Assembly: GCA_025594325.1 (NCBI GenBank)
Contig: JANHCV010000008.1
Span: forward strand, 434,001-498,000
DNA length: 64,000 bases
Direction: 5' to 3'
Source of the DNA: Blastocladiella emersonii ATCC 22665
Taxonomy: Eukaryota; Fungi; Blastocladiomycota
Shown piece by piece: positions 31,290-43,200 of this stretch. A model generated the notes under the pieces. That model ran no database searches. It was not told where the DNA came from and saw only the letters and a list, made by a program, of their open reading frames with translations. The position numbers and the translations under genes were made by a program. Every line of letters begins with the position of its first letter. Position 1 is the stretch's first letter.

Positions 31290-31534
31290 GTGAAGTGGGC
31301 CAGAATAGATTCTGTGATGCTGATCGAACTCAGATGGAGCAGGTTGAGTAGCCGGTCAGGCGAAGAATTCGGGACGACGCGATGCAGTGCCGCCGACGTC
31401 AGGGTGGGACGAGCGCCACTCACGTGGAATGACCAACGCGTCACGGCAACAGCTTCGCTGAGCGCAGTAAGCGTTGCAACAGTTATTTTTAGTTCGTCCG
31501 CGAAATAGACCTCCTTTCCTGTCATCCACCTGAT

Positions 31535-33241
31535 TCAAGCGCTTGCGCCTCGCGAAAGCGCAATCGGGTCAGCTCTTGTTAAAAGTGCGGTAGCGCTCGC
31601 CAAGGTGCTCTCGGGGAGAACGCGATGGAGGATGTAGACCGTGAGGACAAAGGCGATCGCTTTCAGCATCATGACGCCAAACGAATGCGCATCGGACCCG
31701 AAAAACGTGGACCCGAAAGGCGAAACATCGCTGACAACGTTCCCGCTCAAATCGATTTCGGTGACCGTCGATGGGAGAATGTCCAGCAGCTCGGTCGTTT
31801 GCTCCTCGCTGAGACCGCAGTGTGCGAGCTCGATACTCGTGAGTGTCGCAGGCATGTGGAGCGCGAGGAGCTCCGCGGACTCGACCGTCAGCGGCGTGCC
31901 GTTGAGAACGAGTGTGATAACACGCGGCGGTAGACACGGCGCGAGAACAACGACGGCATCAGAGCTGCACTTGTTGAACTCCAAGCAAAGGTGCGCGAGC
32001 GAGTGGGGAAGCACGGGCGCAAGCGCAGTAATGCCATCGTCTCCCAGTTCGCATCGTCCCAGGTTGAGATGCGTGAGGTTCTGTGGCATGTGAGCAGCAA
32101 GTCGCTGGCCCGCGTGTGTCCCAATCCGCGTGTCGTAAAAGTTGAGCTCGCGAAGGGAGGCCGGAAGTTGCTCAAACAGTATCTCGATTGCCTCATCGGT
32201 AAACTTGGCGTGGGCAAGGTTTAGACGCGACAGTCCGTGCAAAATTCGTTGCGCGAACGCCGTCGCTGTCGCGCAAGTCCAAAACCCGCCTTCCGCGTCG
32301 AGCTTCTCGAGGCTGAGCGGCAAGTTGCGCACAAATTCGAGAATACACTCGGACTCCTTGAAGGCCGTGCCGAAATCGGACCACCACGAGAGCTTGAGCT
32401 CCTTGAGCGACGCTGGAAGGTGAGCCAGGAACTGCAACGAGTCCGGCTCGCCGAGGATTTCGTCTGCCAGATGAAGCCGCTCAATTGAGTCGGGAAGCCA
32501 TGACCCAATGATACTCGTAGTTGCGCGCGGGATCCAGCGGCCGCTCAGCGAGAGCTCCTTGAGCGTGCTGGGAAGGCCCATGGCGGCGATGACGGGAAGT
32601 GCGACGAAGGAGCCGGCAAAACCGGCCGACGTGACGGCCTGCTTTGTACTCGAAAAAGCGGTGCGAAGGCGAGCGGCGCCCCAGCTCGTGATGCGCATGC
32701 TCTCGATTGACAAGGTAGTGATTTTTCCCGACGCGACTTTGGCGGCAGACCGAGCGGCGACAATTTCCCCGGCTGGCCGACCCTTGAGCTCATCCCGTGA
32801 GTCCAGCGCAGCTTGCGTCAAAGCATACCAGTCGGCTGACAGGTCGAACAGCACGTTGAGCTCGGGTTGATGGAACCGTTTCATGAACTTGAGCCGGCCC
32901 GAATCGCGCCACCACTCTACGGCCGCGATTCGGCCAAGTTTGAAGGCCTTGCTGATGGTCGGCGCGGGGCGCTGGAGAACAAGCGGGCGGCCCGAGGCCT
33001 TCAACATAGACAGGACGCAAAGGAGCCCGGCCTCGGTGGCGCGCTACAAGCTTATGGACTGAACAAGCCGTGATTCGATGGCGCGGTAGACTTGAGGCGC
33101 CGTCGCACGCGGGAGGACGCGAGAATAGCGCCCGAGAGCTGCGAGATCGGCGGGGTCCGTTGCGAGCACGGCCTCCACCAGAATCTGCTCAATGATGGAG
33201 TTGATAGCCAAGCAAGAAGTGTTCATGACGGGCGAGTTCAT
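31535..33241 (-). pseudogene. LRR family copy A (F-box-like N-terminus, WWxxSG unit, RNI-like LRRs) with one in-frame TAG
   Basis: ORFs 33044..33241 and 31535..33007 share one frame: QSISL*RATEAGLLCVLSMLKASGR versus copy B SAISLEHATKLSLVSALRLWKASGR. LRRs LPASLRELNFYDTRIG, LTHLNLGRCELGDDG, LPSTVTEIDLSGN. Confidence 0.8.
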
Positions 33242-33455
33242 GGGTAGTGCATGATACGCGAATACATTGAAAATGTGCGTGGGGAGAGCGAGAACCGCTC
33301 GTGAGGCGACACGTTGCTTTCACCTCGCTTCCTGTCCCTGATCAGCACTTGCCGCTCCCGCAACGCATGAACCGCTTTATGACTTGATGCAACGGGCGTG
33401 CAAGCATGCGCCGTGAACACTTTCACTCGATCGTCACGATCTTCCAGTGGGACAG

Positions 33456-33662
33456 CTATCGAGGTGGCGACTTCCGCTTGGGAGCACGGTAGACTGCGGG
33501 GGCGGATGCCCGAGGGAGGACGCGGGCGTAGTGCGCGAGCGCGGCGAGGTCCGTCCTCTCAGTCGCGTGCACGGCGTAGACGAGAATCTGCTCGATGACC
33601 GAGTTGACCTTGAGGCAAGAGTCATTCATGGTTGCTTGATTCATGGGTGACTCATGATACAT
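33456..33662 (-). pseudogene. 5'-only fragment of the LRR family
   Basis: MNDSCLKVNSVIEQILVYAVHATERTDLAALAHYARVLPRASAPAVYRA matches the N-termini of copies A and B, then diverges and stops. Confidence 0.8.
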
Positions 33663-33841
33663 GAATGCATTCAATGAATGCGTTGCCGAGGTACGGGAGG
33701 GAGAACCGATGGCGAAGACATCACCTGAACCATCACGCCGCCGTAGCGTCGGTTTGCGGCATGCGAACAAACAGTTGCGGTCGCGGGCAGGCCGTGAACC
33801 GATACAGGTACTCTCAGGTAGTCGAACCAAATATATTCAAA

Positions 33842-35440
33842 TCATTCGCAATAGTATTGGACCTCGCAGCCCGGGAATTTGGCCTCAAAATAATCGTGTG
33901 CCTCAAGGCCCTTCTGGCCTCCGCCGTAACGTGAGACGATAATGCGCTTGAGGTTGCCAAGTTTGAACATATCCGCCGCGTAAAACGTTTCCTTGTGAAT
34001 TGGGTTGCCGCGCAGATTGACTTCGGCAACTTCAGGCGGGAGGCGCGAGAGCAGCGTGATCGCAAGACTGTCGGACAAGTAGCTGTCCTCAAGGTTGATG
34101 CGGATCAGCGACGCGGGGAGATGGTGCGCAAGTTGCTTGATGGCTTCGACCGTCAAGGGCGTGCCGCCGAGATTGAGCTCGATCAAGTTAGGAGGAAGGC
34201 GAGGCCCTAGCGCGGCGATGATGTCCGAGTTGCACAGGTTGTATTCCAAGTTGAGAGTTGTAAGAGAGGCCGGAAGAACATTGGCGAGGGCAGTCAAATT
34301 CTCGCTGCCCAAGCTGCAGCGCCCGAAGTTAAGCTCGCGAAGTGTGGGTGGGAGATGCGTGAGAAGGACCTTGAATCCACCGGGGGTAAAGCTTGCACCG
34401 GCCAGATTGAGACGGATCAAACTTGGTAAGACGCGTTGGGCAAACGTGGTTGCGATTGCAGTGGACCAGAGACCACCCTTCGCGTTGAAAATCTTGAGGG
34501 TACCCGGGAGGTAGTGCACGAACTTGAGAATACAATTTGACTCTTGTTTTGAAGTCCAGCCAAACTTGGGCCGCCAAGCAAGTTTGATTTCCTTGAGCGA
34601 CGCGGGAAGATGGGCCAGGAATTGCAGCGAGTCCGGCTCGCCGTACAAGTCCTCAGAGAGGTGAAGCCGCTCGATCGAGTCGGGAAGCCACGGGCCAGTG
34701 ATAAAAGTCGTTGGGCGTGGGATCCATCGACCGCTCAGGTCGAGCTCCTTGAGTGTGGCGGGGAGACCCATCGCAACAATGTCGGAAAGCGCGACGAATG
34801 ACTTGGAAAAGCTGGCCGCAGTGACTTTCTGGTTCGGACTGGCAAACGCTGCGCGGAGGCGAGCGGCGCCCCACTCGGTCATGCGCATGCCGTCCATGGA
34901 CAGGGCAGTCAATTTGCCCGAAGCGATGTCGGCGGCGGACTGAGCGGCAACCATGTCGCCCGCCGGCCGACCTTTGAGTTGGTCAAGCGGGTCGAGCGCG
35001 GCCTGCTTCGTGGCATACCATTTGGGCGATTGGTCGAACAGGACGTTGAGCTCGGGCTGCTGGAACCGCTGCGTAAACTTGATCCGACCCGAGTCGCTCC
35101 ACCACCCCACGGCCGCAAGCTGACCTGACGCATATGCTTCCCGAAGCAGCCTTTCGGGGTCCTGGAGCAGGAGCGGGCGGCCCGAGGCCTTCCACAGACG
35201 CAACGCGCTCACTAGACTGAGTTTGGTGGCATGTTCGAGAGAAATCGCTGAAAGTACGCGATTCTCCACGGCGCGGTAGACGGCCGGGGCGGATGCGCGT
35301 GGGAGAACTCGAGCGTAGTGCCCAAGTGTGGCGATGCTGTCGGCCGCGTGCACGTTGGTCGCGTGCACGGTGTCGACGAGAATCCGCTCGAGAATCGATG
35401 GGACGTTTAAGCAAGGAGTATTCATGGTTCCGTGATGCAT
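33842..35440 (-). CDS. LRR family copy B (apparently intact, intronless)
   Basis: Uninterrupted ORF: MNTPCLNVPSILERIL..., AAVGWWSDSGR, LPATLKELDLSGRW, LPPTLRELNFGRCSLG, LPASLTTLNLEYN, LPPEVAEVNLRGNPI. Confidence 0.8.
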   Translation of the reverse strand: MHHGTMNTPCLNVPSILERILVDTVHATNVHAADSIATLGHYARVLPRASAPAVYRAVENRVLSAISLEHATKLSLVSALRLWKASGRPLLLQDPERLLREAYASGQLAAVGWWSDSGRIKFTQRFQQPELNVLFDQSPKWYATKQAALDPLDQLKGRPAGDMVAAQSAADIASGKLTALSMDGMRMTEWGAARLRAAFASPNQKVTAASFSKSFVALSDIVAMGLPATLKELDLSGRWIPRPTTFITGPWLPDSIERLHLSEDLYGEPDSLQFLAHLPASLKEIKLAWRPKFGWTSKQESNCILKFVHYLPGTLKIFNAKGGLWSTAIATTFAQRVLPSLIRLNLAGASFTPGGFKVLLTHLPPTLRELNFGRCSLGSENLTALANVLPASLTTLNLEYNLCNSDIIAALGPRLPPNLIELNLGGTPLTVEAIKQLAHHLPASLIRINLEDSYLSDSLAITLLSRLPPEVAEVNLRGNPIHKETFYAADMFKLGNLKRIIVSRYGGGQKGLEAHDYFEAKFPGCEVQYYCE

Positions 35441-35858
35441 GGGTAGTGTGTAATACGTTGTTTCATTCAGGTTCCGCGTGGGAAGAGCGAGGACCGCGTG
35501 CGAGGCGAACGCGTCGCTTTGAGGCCGGGTCGCGGCCCTGATCGCGTCCCACTCAACACCACTGGCACAAGACCGCACTCAGGAGCGTTATCACTTTATG
35601 CGACGAATTTTTCCATGCGTTCTGCGAGCATCCTGATCGGCGCGGTTACTATTGCCCCGGGTAGCACAGGATTCCAAGCGCGCCACGCGTACAACCTCAG
35701 TCACGCTCGCGTCGACAGTCTGAACTTGCCAGCTGGGGCAACTCTGAGGTTGATTTAGTGAGGGTAATTGATTCTAGAGACGCGGTACTAGCGTACAAAA
35801 TTCTCACTTGACCTCCGGAACTGGGCTCAAGTAATCATGTTTCATATCCAGTTATTAC

Positions 35859-37648
35859 CTAGCCTGCTCTTCGCGGCCAACCAAAACCTCGCAGTCGCCA
35901 GCGAGGTCCCCAGTAGAACTCGTTGAAAGCGCCGGCCAGGGACGTACCGCAACCTCTGAGGTCTAGCGACTTGATCTCCCCACGACAACAGAGTTCAAGC
36001 ATCTCGACAAGTCCAGCTACAGAAAATCGGAACCCGCGAAACGCGACTATGGTCATTGGACACGGGCAGGCGGCCAGGCTTTGAAGCGCGGGTTTGTTGT
36101 TGAGGCCGCACGAGGAAAGGTCCAGGTCGGTCAGGGTTTCGGGCAGGTGGTGCGCGAGCGCGCACGGCGAGTTGCCGCGCAGCAGGAGCGACGAGAGGTT
36201 CAGTAGATGGAGATCTTGAGGGAGATGCGGGATCAGAAGGCCAGCTGCGGCGTCACCAAACTTGTTCGAGCCGAGGTCCAGGTGACCCAGCATTGACGGC
36301 AGCACGGGTGCAGGTTCGGCGAGGCACTGGTCGTTGAGCTCGCAGCGAGCCAGGCCGAGATACGTCAGATTCGGAGTGAAGTTGGCCGCCAGCAGCGCGA
36401 CTGCATTCAAAGAAAGCTTGGGTGCCGTTCAAATCAAGCCGCTGAAGCGCTCTTGGGAAGCACGAAAGAATCGCGTCACCCACGTCGTGCGATTTGTACC
36501 AGTCATCATCGGCGAGTGAGCAGTTGCACAGTGTCAAGCTTTTGAGGTGACGCGGCATGCGTTCCACCATGATCTGGGCGTTCTCGCGCTTCCACCGAAC
36601 ATTGGCGATGGAGAGCTCAGTCAGGTTGGGCGGGATGCCGAGGGTCAAGTTTCGCGCGCTATCCCAGCCGAGCGGTGTAAAGGCACTTCCACGGCTGTGA
36701 GGATGAAATGTGTAGGACCGCAGCGAGGAGGGGAGGAAGCGCAGGAACTCCATCTCCCACGTGTGCGCCGAACGAGCGCGGAGTTCAAGCTGCTCGAGCG
36801 AATCGGGGAGCCACGGGCCCGGCTGCCGCTCCTTGAACCACGAAGAAAATGAGTCGGACGCATCGAGCCGCTTGAGCGTGTTCGGGAGCCCCATGCGAGC
36901 GAAAATAGCGTACGGCACACCGGATCTAACGAAGCTGGCCGAGATCACTGCCTGGCGCGGGCTGGCGAACGCTTCGCGGAGGCGGTCGGCGCCCCACTCA
37001 GTGATGCGCATTGATTCGATTGCTACATGTGGAAGCTTGCCCGAGGCAATCGCGGGTGCGATGCGCGCAGCGTACACGTCGCCGGGCGCGCGGCCCTTGA
37101 GCTCGTGGTCCTGGATTCGGGGCGAGCGTCGTGTGAGTTTGGCCAAGTTTTTTTTTCGGGTTAGGGCGGAGCGAGCGTACCGAGCCGAGTTCCGCCTGCT
37201 GGACGCGATACCACGCGGGATGCAGGTCGAGCAGCACGTTGATATCCTGGTAGCAAGCCGAGTCAAACGGTGCCGCGCCGCGTAGCAAACCCGTGTCGCG
37301 CCACCACTCAACGACACGAATACTACCTCCTGTGTACGCGGCAGTCACCGCTTCACGAAGGTCCTTGACGGGCGCGATTCGGCCGGACGCCATCCAGAAC
37401 TCGAGCGCGGAGAGGCGGCCCTGCGCGCTCGCAATGATAATCAACACAGTTGACGCGACGTGCTGCTCGATCGCGTGGAGCACGGCGGGAGCATTCGCCC
37501 GAGGAAGAACGCAGGCGTAGTGCTTGAGGCGAGGGTACTCCAAGTCATCGCACACGTCGGTCGCGAGCACGGCGTAGATCAGGATCCGCTCAATAATCGA
37601 GTGGACGTTCAAGCAAGCGGGGCTCATAGTCAAGCAAGAAGCATCCAT
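35859..37648 (-). pseudogene. LRR family copy C: one intron (37111-37180) and a 1-nt frameshift near 36418
   Basis: Splicing GTACGC..CTAAC..CCAG joins QAELGS|DHELKGR, collinear with A/B. Removing one G in CAA[G]CTTTCT restores GTQLSLNAVALLAANF and joins ORF 36253..37317 to 35859..36410. Confidence 0.75.
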
Positions 37649-37830
37649 GGCGACCTATTACATTTGTATCCCATACAAGCTGCGTTGCGTTGCGGGAGCG
37701 AGGACCGTCCGCGAGCGCCGTCGCCGTCTTGACCGCCCGCCCTCCCTAGCCCGCTGACCCCTCACCGCCTCCCCACCCCCTGCAACGCATCAACCACCGC
37801 CGCGACTCCGTGCAACGGCCCCGCGCCACC

Positions 37831-40008
37831 ATGAGCAACCTGATCGGCACCATGTACATCCCGCCGGGCAAGAAACGCCCCGGCGGTTCTGGGAGTGGCG
37901 GGTCGTCCGCGGGCACTCCCGCGCCAGCGTCCGGCACCTCGTCGTCGACGGGTATCCCTCCTCCCGCCGTCCCGCCGCCGCCGCCCGGTGTCGCGGCGCC
38001 CTACGCGCACTCGGTCGTCCCGCCGCCGCACATCCCAATGCCGACCGTCCCCGTTGGCGGCGGCGGCGGTGGTGGTGGACCGGTGATTGCAATCCCGCCG
38101 CCCGCGCGGCCTGCGCACCTCGCGCCCACGCGGTTCGAGACGCCGACGATTGTGCGACGAGGCAGCGGCGCGAGCGGCGCGGGGAATGTCGGGCGGCCGA
38201 AGAAGGCGGCGGTGCACGCTGCCGCAGCGTCGGGCAGCGGGTTCTCGCCCGCCCCGCCGTCCGTTCCCACGTCCGCGCCGATTCCCGGTGCCGCGTCCGC
38301 GCCCGCGGTACCCCCGCCGCCCGCCGCGAAGGCGAAAAAGGCCGCGGGCAAGAAGCGCGACTCGGGCGGCGACGACGGCGGCGGTGGCGCCGAGGACGAG
38401 GACGACGAGCACGCGGTGCCCGAGGACCACGTCCTGCTTCGCCTGCCGCACGACTCGCCGCTGACGCCGTTGTTCCGGGAAAAAGTCCGTTCGCGCGCGC
38501 CGCTCGACGACGTGCGCGTGACCTTCACGGACGCGCGGCACGGCACCTTCACGTTCGGCGACACGACGCTGCGGACGCGGCTCGTCGACCTGCCGACGGT
38601 CCTCGAGACGCACAAGTCGTTTGACAACAAGACGTTTTACAAGATGGGCGACGTGGCGCAGATGCTGCTCGTCGAGAACTTCCCGCCGCCGCCCCCCGGC
38701 ACGCTCCCCGACCCGAAGGAGAAGACGCTCCTGACGGCGTGGCCCGACGGCGTCGCGCTCCCGCTCCGCCGCGTCCGCCAGAAACGGTTCCGCCGACGTA
38801 CCGTCAACTCGCGCGCCGGCGAGATCGACGACGCCGTCGAGGCCCTCCTCCGCGCCGATTTCATGGCGGACCAGGTCGACGTCATCGAGGTCGATATCGG
38901 GCCCGACGGACGGCCCATGCGCCCGCCGCCGCCCGGGCAGAAAAAGGACGCGGCGCTGCACGTCCCCGCGAGCGCGCCCAACGAGGCCGCCAACCCGCCG
39001 CCCGAGCAGCTGCCCGCCGTGGCCGCTGCAACCGGCAAGCCCGACGACGCCATGGACGAGGACGAGGACGACGACGACATGTCGAACCTCGAGGACGAGC
39101 TCGGGCTCGAGCTCAGCCAGATCGGAGACCTGGCCGGGATCGACGAGGAGGACGAGGAGGACGACGACGACGACGATCTCGTGTCCGAGCTCGACTCGGT
39201 GTTCGCCAAGCCGTCGCAGCAGCAGGCGCAGAAGAAGAAGGCCGCGGCCGCGGCGTCGGGCGGCAAGCCCCGCGCCGGCGACTCGAGCGAGTCGGACGAC
39301 GACGAGGACGAGGATGAAGACGACGAGGATCTGGCGAGCCACACGGGCACCAGCGCGAGCGGGCTCGCCGCACCGCTCCCACCCACCAAGAAGCCCGCGT
39401 CCAGCACCGCGACGTCGCCCGCCCTCGCCGCCAAGCCCGCCGGGTCGGTCCCCGGCAGCAAGCGCGGCAGCGCGAAACCGACGCCCGCGGGGTCCGAGTC
39501 GGACGACGGATCCTCGTCATCGTCGTCGAGCGAGTCGGACAGCGACGAGGACGAGGAGGAGGACGAGGCCGAGGATCCCGCGGCGGCCGCGCTGCGCGGC
39601 GAGATCGACCAGCTGCGCGCGCGTACGGGCGAGATGCAGGACAAGGTCAACGCGGCGACCAACCCGATCCTCAAGAAGCGGCTCGAGGACACACTGCGCA
39701 AGCTGCAGGGCGAGCTCGAGGCCAAGTCGGCGCAGCTCGCGGCCATGGGCGGCGGAACGGCCAAGTCCGGCGGTGCCGCGGCGGCAGCGCCCGTCGTCGA
39801 CGACGATCTCGACAGTGTCGTGCCCATGGACGTGGACGGCGACGGCGACGAGGGCGAGCAGGACGAAAGCGAAGAGGACGAGGACGACGACGTGATCAGT
39901 GCGCTGCTGCCCCAGGCCGCGGCGGCGGCGGCGGGCGGGCACACGGACGGCGAGGAAGACGACGATATGGACCAGGACCGCGCGTCTGAGGCCACGTCCA
40001 TGTTCTGA
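37831..40008 (+). CDS. TAF7: TFIID subunit 7 with an acidic low-complexity C-terminal half
   Basis: TAFII55_N domain EDHVLLRLP...DVRVTFTDARHGTFTFGDTTLRTRLVDLPTVLETHKSFDNKTFYKMGDVAQMLLV; WPDGVALPLRRVRQKRFR; C-terminal coiled coil AATNPILKKRL. Confidence 0.93.
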   Translation: MSNLIGTMYIPPGKKRPGGSGSGGSSAGTPAPASGTSSSTGIPPPAVPPPPPGVAAPYAHSVVPPPHIPMPTVPVGGGGGGGGPVIAIPPPARPAHLAPTRFETPTIVRRGSGASGAGNVGRPKKAAVHAAAASGSGFSPAPPSVPTSAPIPGAASAPAVPPPPAAKAKKAAGKKRDSGGDDGGGGAEDEDDEHAVPEDHVLLRLPHDSPLTPLFREKVRSRAPLDDVRVTFTDARHGTFTFGDTTLRTRLVDLPTVLETHKSFDNKTFYKMGDVAQMLLVENFPPPPPGTLPDPKEKTLLTAWPDGVALPLRRVRQKRFRRRTVNSRAGEIDDAVEALLRADFMADQVDVIEVDIGPDGRPMRPPPPGQKKDAALHVPASAPNEAANPPPEQLPAVAAATGKPDDAMDEDEDDDDMSNLEDELGLELSQIGDLAGIDEEDEEDDDDDDLVSELDSVFAKPSQQQAQKKKAAAAASGGKPRAGDSSESDDDEDEDEDDEDLASHTGTSASGLAAPLPPTKKPASSTATSPALAAKPAGSVPGSKRGSAKPTPAGSESDDGSSSSSSSESDSDEDEEEDEAEDPAAAALRGEIDQLRARTGEMQDKVNAATNPILKKRLEDTLRKLQGELEAKSAQLAAMGGGTAKSGGAAAAAPVVDDDLDSVVPMDVDGDGDEGEQDESEEDEDDDVISALLPQAAAAAAGGHTDGEEDDDMDQDRASEATSMF

Positions 40009-40223
40009 TACATTGCCGTCGTTAACTGATACAGTTGGGCGAAAGGGCGAGGAAAGGGAGGGAGACGAAACGCGTCGCGCAACGGGTCACGCGTCGCCAC
40101 ATGACGCGCGCGCTCAACATTTTCCCTTTTCGCGGTTCGGTTCGCGCAGAGTTCCCACGCCTCGTCGCCGCCTTCGCCCCCCTCACTCCCATCCGTTGAC
40201 GCAAACGAACCGCAACCACCGCC

Positions 40224-43200
40224 ATGTCATCCAACAACGCGAACTCGGGATGGGACCGCCCGCTGCGCCCGCTCGCGGCACCCGCGCCCGCCCCCGTCGC
40301 CGCCCCCGCCCCGACCTCGCCCGGCGGCGCCAGCACGTCCGACGGTGAAGACGACGGCGAGTCTGACTCGTCGCCCGGTGACACGAGCAACGGCGAGGAG
40401 GAGGATGACGAGGAGGAGGAGGGGGCTGTTGACGGAGCAGCTGCCGTGCCGCTCGTCGCGGCGCCACCGACCTCGGCTGTTGCGCCTGCCGTCGCCGCGC
40501 CCGCCCTCGTTGCGCCTGCCGTTGCGCCTGCCGTTGCTTCGGAGCAGTTCGTTGCCGCCGCTCCGAACGGTGGTGAATTTGCCATTGCGGCACCCGTTCC
40601 CACGCCCGCTGCTGCTTTCGTCGCCGAGGCCGCCATCCCCGATGTTCCCATGGCCGAGGCCGTGCCGGCTGCTGCCGCCGACATGCTCATGAGCGAGGCT
40701 GCCACGCCCGCTGCTGCGCCCGCCGCCGACCTGACCCCCACCGCCCCGACCGGCGAGCCCTCGTCCGACGGCTCCAACCCGGCCGACGCCGTCCCCGCCG
40801 CCGGCACCGCCTCGTACAAGCGGCGCGAGGCCGCCAAGATCTTCGAGACCGTCATGCAGGTGCCCCGCCGCCCCGGCCTGTGCACGTCGGGCGACGCCAT
40901 CCCGATCATGGGTATGCTATTTCTCGCCGTCGTTGTCGTCTTCCCCGCGGGCCATGTTGCTACTTTATATGCCCCTGCCTCGCCCGCCATCTGCCCGCCC
41001 ACGCGCGCTAACCCCTCCTTCCCCATGTCCGCGCGCGTAGCCAACGCCTTTGCCGTGCGCATGCGCGACATCGACGGGTTCCTGTACCAGTACGACTTCC
41101 GCGTCGAGCCCGAGGCGCCCGGCCTGCGGATGCGCGCGCTGTTCGAAAAGTGGCGCGACATGCACTTCTCGTCGCTCGTCGCCGACCGCGCCACCGTGTG
41201 CACCTTCGAGGGCAAGCGCCTCATGTACACGTCGGGCCCGCTCACGCTGGTCCCCGGCGAGGAGCGCCGGTTCGAGATCGCCCTGCCCGGCGGCAACCGG
41301 CGCGGCGGCGTGGCCGGCGGGCGCCGCGGGTTCGAGCGCGTCTTCACCGTCAAGGTCCGCCTCAACTCGCGCCTTCCGCTGCGCGACCTGCACGAGTACC
41401 TCCACGGCACCGTCAGCCGCGAGCACTCGGTCTTCGCCTACACGTCGTCCATCGACGTGATCTTCCGCCAGGCCGCCACCACGCTGCTGTCGCCCAAGGG
41501 CCGCGTGCTCTTCGACCACCGCAACAAGACGTCGTCGGGCACCGGCATGGAGGTGGTCCCCGGCTACACGCAGGCGATCCGCACCGCCGAGGGGTCCGTG
41601 ACGCTGATCCTCGACGTGACCAGCTCGCTCTTCTTCGAGGCCAAGACGCTCGTCGACCTGCTGCGCATCGCGTTCGGCCGCAACGGGCTCAACTCGCTCG
41701 CGCCCGGCGAAATCGACCAGGCCGAGCGCGTGCTCCGCGGGTTCGCCGTGTTCCCCAACTACCAGCGCGAGCAGATGCGCCGCCCCTTCACCATCCACGG
41801 CATCACCCGGCTCCCCGCCAACGCCACCTACTTTAAGCTCAACGGCCGCGACCTCACCGTCGACCAGTACTTTTACCAGGAGTACAACCGCCGCCTCGAG
41901 TTCCCGAACCTCCCCTGCGTCATTGTCCAGGTCGGCGCCCCCGGCCGTGGCCGCGGCGGCGACTCGTCGTCGTCGGGCGGTGGCCCGCCCGTCAAGATCT
42001 ACCTCCCGCTCGAGCTGTGCACGCTCGCGCCCAACCAGAAGGTGACGCGGCCGCTCGGCCGCATCGACATCAAGTCGTTCAAGCCGTCGGCGCTGCGCCC
42101 GCTCGAGCGCGCCGCGCAGATCGAGCGCGCGGTGCGGCTCGTGTACGACCCGGCGCCCGCGCTCACCTCGGCGTTCGGGCTCGCGCCCGAGTTCAAGATG
42201 CTCAACATCGAGGCGCGCCAGCTCCCGCACCCGCGGCTCCTGTTCCACCCGTCGTCGCGCGCCCCGACCGCGATCCCCGTCGACGGCCGCTGGTCCATGG
42301 ACAACCACAAGGTGTACAACGGCGTCACGCTCGCGCGGTGGGCGGTCCTCCCCTTTGTCCCGTGCGACCCCGCGCAGATCTCGCGGTTCATTGCCCGGTG
42401 GGCCGGCATGATGCGCGACATGGGCATCCACGTGCCCAACCAGACGCCGCCGATCCTGCCGCCCGCCGACCCGAACGCGGCCGACATCGAGACGGCGCTC
42501 CAGCACGCGTACCTGCAGGCGGGCCGCGAGACCGAGCACCCGGACCTGCTCGTGTTCATCCTGCCCAACAAGGGGTACCAGCTGTACCACACGATCAAGC
42601 GCGTGTGCGATACCGTGCTCGGGGTCACCTCGCAGTGCGTCACGCTGCAGGTCGCCCAGCAGATGCGCAACACGCACATGGAGAACCTGTGCCTCAAGGT
42701 CAACGTCAAGCTGCCCGGCGGCACCAACGTGCGCGTCGACCCGGCGCTCATGCCGTGCGTCGCTGAGATCCCGACCATTTTCATGGGCGCCGACGTGACG
42801 CACCCGGCGCAGGAGATCCGGTCGCCCTCGATCGCGTCGGTCGTCGGGTCCATGGACGCGTTCGCGTCGCAGTACGCGTCGGTCGCGCGCATCCAGCCGA
42901 TCCGCGCCGAGATCATCCTCGACATGGGCAGCATGGTGCTCGAGCTCCTCCAGAAGTTCTACGCGTCGACCGGCACAAAACCGCAGCGCATCATCTTCTA
43001 CCGCGACGGCATCTCCGAGGGCCAGTTCACGGACGTGATCCGCACCGAGGTCGCGGCCATCCGCAAGGCGTGCAAGGCGCTCGACCCGGTCTACGCGCCC
43101 AAGCTCACCTTCATCATTGTCCAGAAGCGCCACCACACCCGCTTCTTCCCTCGCCCGGGCGCCCCCGTCGACCTGCGCACGGGCAACCTCCTCCCCGGGC

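Noticed and set aside
30492-37648. Classical RIP as the cause of decay
   Set aside because: The two Trp-site lesions are TGG>TGA (CpC context on the other strand), not the CpA>TpA signature, and several lesions are indels. Dinucleotide indices could not be computed here.
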